Part shown: positions 17,951-26,119 of the stretch, piece by piece
Position numbering within the stretch: position 1 is the first letter of the stretch
Layout of the letters: each line of letters opens with the position of its first letter
Assembly: GCA_041649575.1 (NCBI GenBank)
Contig: JBAZMW010000002.1
Span: 60,001 to 92,000, forward strand
DNA length: 32,000 bases
Reading direction: 5' to 3'
From: Patescibacteria group bacterium
GTDB lineage: Bacteria; Patescibacteriota; Patescibacteriia; 2-01-FULL-39-33
The notes under the pieces: model-generated
What the model saw: the letters and a program-made list of their open reading frames with translations, nothing else
What the model was told of the DNA's origin: nothing
The model's database searches: none
Position numbers and translations under genes: made by a program

Positions 17951-19270
17951 ATGAAGAAAATTATTTTTATTTTAGTTCTGACTCTGGTTGTTTTTATTGG
18001 TTTGAATTTCACCGCGCCGTTAAGAATTCAGGGCGACGGCGTTTTTTATTATTCTTGGTTGCATTCTTCCTGGTTCGACCACGATCTTGATTTCAGGAAT
18101 CAGCTGGAGCATTATTCTTCCTACGACGTTGCTAGCCGGTGGTTTTTAGAAAAAAATATCACCACGCCTCTTGGCCGTGTGCCCAATGCCTATGCCTATG
18201 GCGCGGCCTTGATGTGGCTGCCGTTTTTTCTGATCGCTCATCCGTTGTCTTTGGTTTTCCAAGGCGTTAATCAATCGCTTTTTGCCGCCGACGGTTATTC
18301 TTATTTTTATAATTTGTTTTTAAATTTTGGTTCCTGGTTTTATAGTTCGCTCGCCCTGATTTTTTGTTTTAAAATTCTAAAAAGATTTTTCAGCGAACGG
18401 ACGGCTTTCTTGTCCGCTCTGGCAATCTATCTGGCGACGCCATGGTTCTATTATCAGAATTTCGAGCCATTTATGGCGCACTCGGTCTCTTTGTTTTTGG
18501 TCAGCGTTTGGTTGTATCTGATGGTTCGGCTTTGGCATAAGGAAAAAGTGAATCATTGGCTGTTAATTTTTATTTTGTTTTTAATGTGCGCCACTCGTTG
18601 GCAAAATTTATTTTTTGCCGCCGCATATTTACCAATATTTTTTTTCCCCCTGCCAGAGGGGGAGACCAAGAGGGGGTGGGAGAAGAGGTGTCTTTTCTTT
18701 TTTAAAAAAATTTCGATTCTTGTCGTGCCGATAATTTTATTTGCTCTTAGTCAGGCCATAATCTGGGGCCGTCTTTATGGGCAATATCTACTTGTGCCGC
18801 AGGGCCATCGGTTCCTAAGGCCCGAATTTCACGGGCTGTACACGCTCTTTTCTTCGGATCATGGCCTGCTGTTGTGGTCGCCGATCCTGATTTTGGCCTT
18901 GATCGGTTTATACTGGCTGTGGAAAAAATCAAAATTTTTGACTGGCATTGTTTTGGCGGTTTTTATCTGCCAGTGGCTGATCAACAGCTCGCTCAATGAT
19001 TTGGGCGGTGGCGATGCTTTCGGCGGCCGTCGTTTTATTGAAACCTTGCCGTTTTTGGCGCTGGCTTTGGCGGCACTAATAGAAAAAATAAAGAAACACT
19101 ATTGGCAGGCTTTTGTTGTCATAATTATATTCATTGGCTGGAATTTTTTGCTTTTGGAAAATTACCGTCTACAAACCATTCCTCATGCCGGCCACTTTGA
19201 TTTTTTTCAAGTTAATTTTTTTCAGGTTGTCGGCCGAGACATTAATAGATTTATAATCTCTAAATTTTAA
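17951..19270 (+). CDS. Polytopic membrane protein, GT39/ArnT-like
   Basis: Multi-TM; GDGVFYYSWLHSSWFDHDLDFRN and FGGRRFIETLPFLALALAAL. ORF track start 17936; Met at 17951 more likely. Confidence 0.65.
   Translation: MKKIIFILVLTLVVFIGLNFTAPLRIQGDGVFYYSWLHSSWFDHDLDFRNQLEHYSSYDVASRWFLEKNITTPLGRVPNAYAYGAALMWLPFFLIAHPLSLVFQGVNQSLFAADGYSYFYNLFLNFGSWFYSSLALIFCFKILKRFFSERTAFLSALAIYLATPWFYYQNFEPFMAHSVSLFLVSVWLYLMVRLWHKEKVNHWLLIFILFLMCATRWQNLFFAAAYLPIFFFPLPEGETKRGWEKRCLFFFKKISILVVPIILFALSQAIIWGRLYGQYLLVPQGHRFLRPEFHGLYTLFSSDHGLLLWSPILILALIGLYWLWKKSKFLTGIVLAVFICQWLINSSLNDLGGGDAFGGRRFIETLPFLALALAALIEKIKKHYWQAFVVIIIFIGWNFLLLENYRLQTIPHAGHFDFFQVNFFQVVGRDINRFIISKF
18646..18675 (+). repeat. G/C-tract hairpin element inside coding sequence
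   Basis: CCCCCT-gccag-AGGGGG-agaccaag-AGGGGG, encoding PLPEGETKRG in a cytosolic loop. Confidence 0.35.
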
Positions 19271-19273
19271 TTT

Positions 19274-20035
19274 ATGGACGCCAAAACTATTGTCAGAAAA
19301 CTAGACCAAAAATTGGCCCAGTTTGCCAATAAAGAGAGGGCCTATTGGAGCAAAAAATATCTAAAGAGCCATTTTGAATTTTATGGTGCCGACAACGAGG
19401 CTGTCGTTGCCATCGCCAAAGGTTTCAAAAAAGAAAATAAAGATATCATAACTTCCGATTTGTGGAAAATAATCGATCTGTTGTGGCAATCCGGCTGCCA
19501 TGAACAACGCGCTTTGGCTATTAAAACATTGAAGCTATACCCCGATCTTTTGGAGATAAAGATAATGCCGCGTTTGGAAAAATTGCTTCGGACTTCGATC
19601 AATTGGGATCAGGTTGATGAAATTTCGGTACACTTGGTGGGGCGGGTGCTGGAAAAAGATTTTAAGCCAGGGGAGAAATATTTGATCAAGTGGAGTCAGA
19701 ATAAAAATTTTTGGCTACGCCGAGCCAGTTTGCTAGCCCAACTTTTATTGTTTAGAAAAAAGCAAGGCGACAAAAAATTATTTTTCATTTTGGCGGAAAA
19801 AATGTTAGACGAAAGCAAGTATCCAAAAAATTATTTTGTCACGCCCTACACCGAAGAAAAAATGGGCCGGTTTTTTATTCGCAAGGCGATTGGCTGGGTA
19901 CTAAGAGAATTGAGCGCCAAAGATCCGCAAGCAGTGGCAAGCTTTCTTAATAAGAATGAAAGGAAAATGTCTGGCCTGACTTATCGCGAGGGCAGCCGCA
20001 ATTTGCCCAAAGCTTACAAAAATAAACTAAAATGA
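19274..20035 (+). CDS. DNA alkylation repair (AlkD-like HEAT-repeat) protein
   Basis: All-helical 253 aa: SDLWKIIDLLWQSGCHEQRALAI, WDQVDEISVHLVG, NFWLRRASLLAQLL, FFIRKAIGWVLRELSAKDPQAVASFL. Confidence 0.85.
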   Translation: MDAKTIVRKLDQKLAQFANKERAYWSKKYLKSHFEFYGADNEAVVAIAKGFKKENKDIITSDLWKIIDLLWQSGCHEQRALAIKTLKLYPDLLEIKIMPRLEKLLRTSINWDQVDEISVHLVGRVLEKDFKPGEKYLIKWSQNKNFWLRRASLLAQLLLFRKKQGDKKLFFILAEKMLDESKYPKNYFVTPYTEEKMGRFFIRKAIGWVLRELSAKDPQAVASFLNKNERKMSGLTYREGSRNLPKAYKNKLK

Positions 20036-20099
20036 TTAGCGCTTGGTCTCATTCTTATTTTTTTGCTATGATTAAGTTGATTAAAATTAAATTTATTTT

Positions 20100-20975
20100 A
20101 TGAGTCAATCTAGTGTTCGCAAGTTAATCATTCCCGTGGCCGGTATTGGCACGCGCATGCTGCCAGTCACCAAGGCCCAGCCCAAGGAGATGCTGCCGGT
20201 TTTGGATAAGCCGGTTATTCAGTATATTGTGGAAGAGGCGGTCAAGGCCGGCATTAGAGACGTGATTTTTGTCACTGGCGCCAGCAAGCGTGCCATTGAA
20301 GATCATTTTGACCGCAACGAAGCTCTGGAGCGTGTTTGTCTGGAATCCAACAAAGAAGAGGTCTGCCGCAAGATCAAAGAAGTTGCCGAATTGGCTAATT
20401 TTATTTTTATTCGCCAGCGTGGACCATATGGCACGGGCACGCCGGTATTAAACGCCAAGGATTTAATTGGTAATGAGCCCTTTGCTGTGGTTTGGGGCGA
20501 TGAAATTATCAAGTGCCCCGAAGGCAAGGCGCATCTCAAGCAGCTGATAGATGTTTATGAGAGATATGGCGATCCGGTGGTGACTGCTATTGATACCGAT
20601 GACGAAGGCACTAAAAAATATGGCGTTGTCGAGGGTGTGAAGATTAGCGATGATTTGTATGAGGTAAAGAGGCTTTTGGAAAAACCAGGTCCCGCCGGCA
20701 CTGCCAGCCGTGTCGGTTCGATTGGCGGCTATGTACTGACTCCCGATGTTTTTGAAATTATCGAGACGATGCCGGCGGTCAACGGCCGCGAAAGATATCT
20801 GACCGATGCCATTGATTTATTAATTAAAAAACGCCCGGTTTATGGCAAGGTTATCGAAGGCACGCAGCACGATACCGGCAATAAATTCAATTGGATCAAA
20901 ACTAACATCGAGTTTGCCCTGGAAGATCCAGAAATTAGTCAGCGGCTTAAGGAATTTTTAAAAAGCGTAATTTAG
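20100..20975 (+). CDS. galU: UTP-glucose-1-phosphate uridylyltransferase
   Basis: IPVAGIGTRMLPVTKAQPKEMLPVLDKPVIQYIVEEAVKAGI...VWGDEII...IEGTQHDTGNK. Confidence 0.95.
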   Translation: MSQSSVRKLIIPVAGIGTRMLPVTKAQPKEMLPVLDKPVIQYIVEEAVKAGIRDVIFVTGASKRAIEDHFDRNEALERVCLESNKEEVCRKIKEVAELANFIFIRQRGPYGTGTPVLNAKDLIGNEPFAVVWGDEIIKCPEGKAHLKQLIDVYERYGDPVVTAIDTDDEGTKKYGVVEGVKISDDLYEVKRLLEKPGPAGTASRVGSIGGYVLTPDVFEIIETMPAVNGRERYLTDAIDLLIKKRPVYGKVIEGTQHDTGNKFNWIKTNIEFALEDPEISQRLKEFLKSVI

Positions 20976-20986
20976 TAAGAAAATAG

Positions 20987-21012
20987 AAAAAGCGACCAAA
21001 ATCGCTTTTTTC
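20987..21012 (+). terminator. Rho-independent terminator after galU
   Basis: AAAAAGCGA-ccaaaa-TCGCTTTTTT. Confidence 0.75.
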
Positions 21013-21031
21013 ATTTTAGCTTTGTTTGTGT

Positions 21032-21037
21032 TATAAT
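21032..21037 (+). promoter_or_regulatory. Putative -10 box giving a near-leaderless hydrogenase transcript
   Basis: TATAAT ends 8 nt before the ATG at 21045; no strong -35. Confidence 0.4.
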
Positions 21038-21044
21038 ATATCCC

Positions 21045-22022
21045 ATGCTAGACCAAAATATTAAAAAGTTTTTGGCTAAACTCTCGCAGTCGTTTCTTTT
21101 GTTCGCCCCGCAACCGTTGGGGAGTGTTGTTAAAATAAAGCCAGTTGCAGAGATTGGCAATATCGACTGGTCGGGCGCTATGCCGCTCAACTCCTGGAAA
21201 GAAATTTTTTTACCAGCCAGAGAAAGATTATTCGACCTAAAGAAAAATTCTTTTTTTGAGTCCAAGACGGATTATCCGGCTACCGCCTGCATTGGCATTA
21301 ATGTTTTGGATTTAAAGGCCTTTACTTTATTTGAACAGGTGTTCGGCCGCGATGCTTATTATCAACAGCGGCGTCGCAATCTGTTGCTTGTCGGCTACAG
21401 CGCCCAGTGGCCCAATGATTACAAAAAATACAAAGTTTTCAGTCATAACTGGGAAGAAGATATTTTAGAGCATCTGGTTTTTGATATTTTTATAATTCAA
21501 CTGAAGAACGATAAAACCAAGATTTACTCCGGTTCAGAGAAAGGGCAATTGATTCTAGAAAAATACGGCCTGAAAAATTACACGCATTTGGAATTTGCCG
21601 GCGCTGTCAAAGAGCAAGGCCCGGATAAAAAAATGTTGGAGCTCAAGGAAAAGCTGGCTAAGGCCTCCAGCCACAAACTCTGGAACGAACTTGATAAAAT
21701 TTGCCTGGCCTGCGGTAAATGCTCGATCGCTTGCCCCACTTGTTTTTGTTTTGATTTATTTGATAAAGTCGACCCCGATAAGAATTGTCGCGAGCGTTAT
21801 TGGGGCAATTGTTTTTATAACGATTTTTCCAAGGTGGCCGGCGGTTTTAAAGAGCTAGACACAGTCAAAAAGAAGATTTATTTTTGGTATACCCACAAAT
21901 TTGTCCGCATTCCGCACGAATATTCTCTGCCCGGTTGTGTCGGTTGCGGCCGTTGCACTCGTGTTTGTCCGGTGGGAATTGATATTGCCAAAAACGTTTC
22001 TATTATCGGTAAAATCAGATAG
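21045..22022 (+). CDS. hydB: Group-3b-type (sulf)hydrogenase beta subunit, 4Fe-4S protein
   Basis: CLACGKCSIACPTCFCFD and CVGCGRCTRVCPVGIDI; adjacent gamma subunit. Confidence 0.85.
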   Translation: MLDQNIKKFLAKLSQSFLLFAPQPLGSVVKIKPVAEIGNIDWSGAMPLNSWKEIFLPARERLFDLKKNSFFESKTDYPATACIGINVLDLKAFTLFEQVFGRDAYYQQRRRNLLLVGYSAQWPNDYKKYKVFSHNWEEDILEHLVFDIFIIQLKNDKTKIYSGSEKGQLILEKYGLKNYTHLEFAGAVKEQGPDKKMLELKEKLAKASSHKLWNELDKICLACGKCSIACPTCFCFDLFDKVDPDKNCRERYWGNCFYNDFSKVAGGFKELDTVKKKIYFWYTHKFVRIPHEYSLPGCVGCGRCTRVCPVGIDIAKNVSIIGKIR

Positions 22023-22027
22023 TTTCA

Positions 22028-22849
22028 ATGAACAATATTTACCAAGCTCAACCAGCCAAAATAATCAGTGTCGTTCAAGAATCTTTAGACACCAGGTTTT
22101 TTCGCTTGACCTTTGTCAACAAAAAATTACAAAAGGAGCTGGCTTTTCTGCCGGGCCAATTCGTGCAAATCGGTTTGCCGGGCTGGGGCGAGTGTCCTAT
22201 TAGCATCTGTTCTTCCCCCTCCAACGCCAATAAATTCTTTGAGTTAGCCATCAGAAACGTCGGTACGCTGACTAATGAGCTTAGTCGGTTGAAAGCCGGG
22301 GAAATAGTGTTTATCCGCGGGCCATACGGCAACGGTTTTGATATCGATTTTTCCAAAGATAAGCCGCTAGTGATAATCGGCGGTGGTTGCGGTTTTGTGC
22401 CACTAAGGCCACTGATTCAGGATTTTTTGGCTGGCCGTTTGTCTAGTTCCAGCCTGCAGATATTTTATGGCTGCCTCAATGAAAAAACCCTGTTGTTTAG
22501 AAAAGAATATCATCTTTGGAATCGCCGCGCCGAACTCAACATTATTTTGGAAAAGCCGTCCAGAGAATGGAAGGGCAAAAAAGGCCTGATTACAGATCTG
22601 CTGGCCCAAAAAAAGATTTCGGCCAGCTCGGTGGCTGTTCTGGTGGGCCCGCCAGTGATGTACAGGTTTGTCATCAAGGAACTCAAAAAAAGAAATCTGA
22701 AAGATGAAAATATTTATTTGTCGCTGGAGCGGAAAATGTATTGCGGCACTGGTGTTTGCCAGCATTGTGCCATTGGCCCGTATTATGTCTGTAAAGATGG
22801 CCCGGTTTTCTCTTGGAGCCAGCTGAAAGGTTTGCCTCAAGCGATTTAA
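22028..22849 (+). CDS. hydG: (Sulf)hydrogenase gamma subunit, FAD/NAD(P)-binding with 2Fe-2S
   Basis: FFRLTF...PGQFVQIGLPG...SICSSP...GPYGNGF, VIIGGGCGFVPLRPL, CGTGVCQHCAIGPYYVCKDGPVF. Here hydG means the P. furiosus-type gamma subunit, not the [FeFe] maturase. Confidence 0.88.
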   Translation: MNNIYQAQPAKIISVVQESLDTRFFRLTFVNKKLQKELAFLPGQFVQIGLPGWGECPISICSSPSNANKFFELAIRNVGTLTNELSRLKAGEIVFIRGPYGNGFDIDFSKDKPLVIIGGGCGFVPLRPLIQDFLAGRLSSSSLQIFYGCLNEKTLLFRKEYHLWNRRAELNIILEKPSREWKGKKGLITDLLAQKKISASSVAVLVGPPVMYRFVIKELKKRNLKDENIYLSLERKMYCGTGVCQHCAIGPYYVCKDGPVFSWSQLKGLPQAI

Positions 22850-22852
22850 TTT

Positions 22853-23365
22853 ATGCTGTTAACGGTTTTGTTCTTAATAATTATGGTGATTCTTGGCTCT
22901 GCCGCCGTTGCCGGTTTGTCTGCTGCTCCTTGGGTGCCAATGAGGAAAGCGGATGTGATACGAGCCGTGGAATTAGCTGAAGTGAAAGCCGGTGACAGGG
23001 TTTACGATTTGGGTTGTGGTGACGGTCGGTTGGTTTTTGCCGCCAGTGGTCGCGGTGCCAAAGCGATTGGCTTGGAAATTTCCTTATTGCCTTTTGTTAT
23101 TGCCAAAATCAGAAGCTGGTTTCAGCCGCTGACCAGGGTGTCATTTAAAAGTTTTTTCAGACAGAATTTGGAAGATGCCGATGTGGTTTTCGTTTTTTTG
23201 ATGAAAAAGATTTATCCGAAACTGGCGACAAAACTAACCAAAGAATTGAAGCCGGGAGCCAGAATCGTGGTTTACTGCTGGCCGATTGATGAATTAAAAA
23301 GCAGTCTGATTGAAAAAAATAAGCCAACCGAAAAAGATTTGCCGCTCTATCTTTATCAAATTTAA
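22853..23365 (+). CDS. Membrane-anchored class I SAM-dependent methyltransferase-like
   Basis: N-terminal TM then VKAGDRVYDLGCGDGRLVFAASGRGAKAIGLE. Confidence 0.75.
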   Translation: MLLTVLFLIIMVILGSAAVAGLSAAPWVPMRKADVIRAVELAEVKAGDRVYDLGCGDGRLVFAASGRGAKAIGLEISLLPFVIAKIRSWFQPLTRVSFKSFFRQNLEDADVVFVFLMKKIYPKLATKLTKELKPGARIVVYCWPIDELKSSLIEKNKPTEKDLPLYLYQI

Positions 23366-23382
23366 TAATTAATTTAAAAACT

Positions 23383-23523
23383 ATGTTTGGAGTCGCCCTC
23401 ATTATCGTCGGAGCCATTTTTCTGCTCAAAGGTCTGGGCCTGTTATCCATGTTCCAATGGGACTTGATCTGGCCAGTCGTTTTAATTGTCATTGGTATCT
23501 TGATGGTTTTCAAAAGGAGGTAG
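23383..23523 (+). CDS. Small two-TM LiaF/DUF5668-like protein
   Basis: 46 aa MFGVALIIVGAIFLLKGLGLLSMFQWDLIWPVVLIVIGILMVFKRR; below the ORF-track size cut-off. Confidence 0.55.
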   Translation: MFGVALIIVGAIFLLKGLGLLSMFQWDLIWPVVLIVIGILMVFKRR

Positions 23524-23553
23524 CTCTCCCGGCCATAAGCTATAAATCTATTT

Positions 23554-24834
23554 ATGTGCCTCACTCTGCCGGCCAAAGTTGTTAAAGTCAAAGGGTTACA
23601 AGCCGAGATTTTAGCCAGTGGCGCAAAACAAGTGGTGAAAATAGGCACTGCCGCTAAAATTAGAGCGGGGGATTGGGTGCTTTATACCAATAATTTTTTA
23701 ATAAAAAAAATCAGTCAGACTGAAGCCGAAGAAATTTCCGCCTTGCTTGGTTCCTATCAAGGCGTTACCGAAGCTAAACTAGAAAAAAAATTAAAGGACA
23801 TTCTAACGGCCTCGTCCGTTCGCGATCTAAACGTCGAAGAGATTGAATATCTTTTGGGAGTTGATGGTCAAATTTCACAGGCAGCTCTTTTTTCACAGGC
23901 CAATGTGGCCAGAAAAGCCAATATCAAAGATCATATCTGTATCCATGGCATTATTGAGTTTTCCAACCACTGTCAAAACGATTGTCTTTATTGCGGCCTA
24001 AGGAGAAGTAATGACAAAGTTAGCCGTTACCGCCTGTCGCCGGAAAAAATAATCAAAATAGCAGTGGCTGCTGTCAATAATCGCGGTTACAAGATTCTGG
24101 TCTTGCAATCGGGCGAAGACGATTATTATAGCGATGGTAAAATAGAATTAATTATAAAAGAAATAAAAAAACAGGCCAGAGTTTTCATTTATTTAAGTAT
24201 TGGTGACAGAAGTGAAGCGGCTTACAAAAAATTCAAAGTTGCCGGCGCCAGCGGTGTCCTATACCGTTTTGAAACTTCCAACCCCGATATCTATGTCAGC
24301 CTGCACCCCGGCGACTCTCTGGAAAAAAGATTGGAAAATTTAGAAATGATGAGAAATCTGGGTTATGCGCTTTCCTCCGGGCCACTCATTGGCTTGCCAG
24401 CTCAAACATTAAAAGATTTGGCCAGTGATATAACACTAATGAAAAAGCTGGGTGTGTTTATGCCCTCAATGGGGCCGTTAATTCCTTCAGCCGAGACGCC
24501 GTTGGCCGGTGAAAAAAAGATTGATTTTGGCTTAGTTTTAAAAATGATTGCTGCCAGCCGTTTGGTTATGCCCAAAGCCAGAATTCCCGTTACTACTGCC
24601 ATGGAGACTTTGGCGCGAGGCGAGGGAATAAGTATCGATGAAGCTAGACAGAAATGTTTTATGGCCGGCGCTAATTCCGTAATGTTGAATCTGACTCCTG
24701 AAACCCAACGGCAGAAATATTATATTTATGAAAACAAATTTTTTGATGTCGAAAAGAAATATGAGAATTGGGGGTTGTTTAAGGGAGAATTGAGTTATCG
24801 GATGTTGGAAGAAGAGTTACGGGTCAGTATTTAA
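23554..24834 (+). CDS. HypC-like domain fused to HydE-like radical SAM domain
   Basis: N-terminus MCLTLPAKVVKVKG...AGDWVLYTNNFLIKKISQTEAEE matches HypC/HupF. Downstream FSNHCQNDCLYCGLRRSNDKVSRYRLSPEKII...VLQSGEDDYYSD matches HydE (CxxxCxxC). Downstream text SLHPGDSLEKRLENLEMMRNLGYALSSGPLIGLPAQTLKDL is also HydE-like. Confidence 0.87.
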   Translation: MCLTLPAKVVKVKGLQAEILASGAKQVVKIGTAAKIRAGDWVLYTNNFLIKKISQTEAEEISALLGSYQGVTEAKLEKKLKDILTASSVRDLNVEEIEYLLGVDGQISQAALFSQANVARKANIKDHICIHGIIEFSNHCQNDCLYCGLRRSNDKVSRYRLSPEKIIKIAVAAVNNRGYKILVLQSGEDDYYSDGKIELIIKEIKKQARVFIYLSIGDRSEAAYKKFKVAGASGVLYRFETSNPDIYVSLHPGDSLEKRLENLEMMRNLGYALSSGPLIGLPAQTLKDLASDITLMKKLGVFMPSMGPLIPSAETPLAGEKKIDFGLVLKMIAASRLVMPKARIPVTTAMETLARGEGISIDEARQKCFMAGANSVMLNLTPETQRQKYYIYENKFFDVEKKYENWGLFKGELSYRMLEEELRVSI

Positions 24835-24848
24835 AATAAAAAAAGAAG

Positions 24849-24880
24849 CAGCTTCAGGCCGAACTCGGCCCGAAGCTGCG
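24849..24880 (-). terminator. Nested hairpin terminator for minus-strand phosphatidyltransferase
   Basis: GCAGCTTC-a-GGCCG-aact-CGGCC-c-GAAGCTGC; + strand A-rich tract on the left gives a T-tract on the minus strand. Confidence 0.75.
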
Positions 24881-24898
24881 AATGATCGCCTCTTGCCA

Positions 24899-25456
24899 TC
24901 ACACTTGCTGCTGAACCACTATCTTGCGGTAGTAGTCCAGCCCCGACCAGATGCAGACCGCGCTGATGAGTATCCCAGTGGTGTAGTACAGCATTTCCCT
25001 GAAGCCAGAGAGCGGACTTAAGTAGCTGCCCGGAACTGGTAGCGCCGCCACCAGGGAGCACATGCAAGTCAAATTGACCACGGTCTTGATCTTGCCCGAG
25101 GTCTTGGCGCCGATCACCTCGCGCGCGTAGTAGTGGCGCAGTATGGTGGAGAAGGTGTCGCGCAAGACGATGATGATCACCGGCAAGAGATGGATCATCC
25201 CATGAAAGTACAGCGGGACAAAAATCAAGATCAGCACTTTATCGGCCAGCGGATCCAGCCATTTGCCGGCAGCCGTGGAGCCCCAAAGACGAGCCGCGAG
25301 ACCATCGAGCTTATCGCTTATGGCGCACCACAACACCAGTACAAACAGCAAGACGTGTGACTGAGGCGAGATTGGCGAATAGCACAGAATAATCAGCGCG
25401 GGGCCTGTCAAAACGATTCTCGACAGGGTGATAAAATTGGCAATATTCCTTTTCAA
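24899..25456 (-). CDS. CDP-alcohol phosphatidyltransferase (PgsA-like)
   Basis: CDP-OH-P motif DKLDGLAARLWGSTAAGKWLDPLADK; TTG start preceded by GAGGAGG SD. Confidence 0.85.
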   Translation of the reverse strand: MKRNIANFITLSRIVLTGPALIILCYSPISPQSHVLLFVLVLWCAISDKLDGLAARLWGSTAAGKWLDPLADKVLILIFVPLYFHGMIHLLPVIIIVLRDTFSTILRHYYAREVIGAKTSGKIKTVVNLTCMCSLVAALPVPGSYLSPLSGFREMLYYTTGILISAVCIWSGLDYYRKIVVQQQV

Positions 25457-25564
25457 GGTACGCCCTCCTCAAGGGTTGAAAATCAGAATCAGCATTACTA
25501 TCAAATTCTATTTAAATTATTTTTATAAGTCAATATAGCTTAGCTAATTAATAATTAGAAAATT

Positions 25565-26116
25565 ATGAAAAAAATTATCACCTTATTTTCCCTAATCTTT
25601 TTTTTGCTGGTGCCATTTTTTTCTGTTTTTGCAAATCCGCTCACTCCAATTCAAACGCCACCTTACAATTATATAGCACAAGTAGTCATTTTAATTGTCT
25701 CGGTAATAATTGAGGCCGTCGTTTTATTAGTTCTGGCCAAGTGGCTGATGAGGGAAGTAGGAAAAAATAATAGTACAAGAAAAATTATTCTAACCGGTTT
25801 GATATTAAATTGTATTTCAATTCCTTTCTTTTGGTATATTTTGTTGTCGCTTTTTAACCAGATTTTGGCAAATTTTTATTTTGGTTATTCCAGATTTGTT
25901 ATTTATATTGTCTGTGAATTACTCATTCTTATATATGAGGCGATAATTTATAAAAATATTTTTAAGATTAGTTTTAGAAAAGCGTTGATTCTATCATTTT
26001 GTTGCAATCTAGCCTCACTGCTATTCAGTTTGTACGCGATAGCGCCAAATAGCGTCGTTATGAATTTTATAGGTTGGTCTATATTTACGATTCATCCTTA
26101 TCAATACCCCTTTTAA
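25565..26116 (+). CDS. Hypothetical polytopic membrane protein
   Basis: 183 aa, signal-like N-terminus and several TM segments; no recognisable family. Confidence 0.5.
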   Translation: MKKIITLFSLIFFLLVPFFSVFANPLTPIQTPPYNYIAQVVILIVSVIIEAVVLLVLAKWLMREVGKNNSTRKIILTGLILNCISIPFFWYILLSLFNQILANFYFGYSRFVIYIVCELLILIYEAIIYKNIFKISFRKALILSFCCNLASLLFSLYAIAPNSVVMNFIGWSIFTIHPYQYPF

Positions 26117-26119
26117 TTT

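Noticed and set aside
23157-23648. Minus-strand 163-aa ORF
   Set aside because: Overlaps methyltransferase, the LiaF-like ORF and the fusion start on the opposite strand; no domain signature.
23554-24834. Interpretation as a plain [FeFe]-hydrogenase HydE
   Set aside because: The HypC-like N-terminus (MCL...) and neighbouring [NiFe] subunits argue against a simple [FeFe] maturase assignment, though other [FeFe] genes outside the window cannot be excluded.
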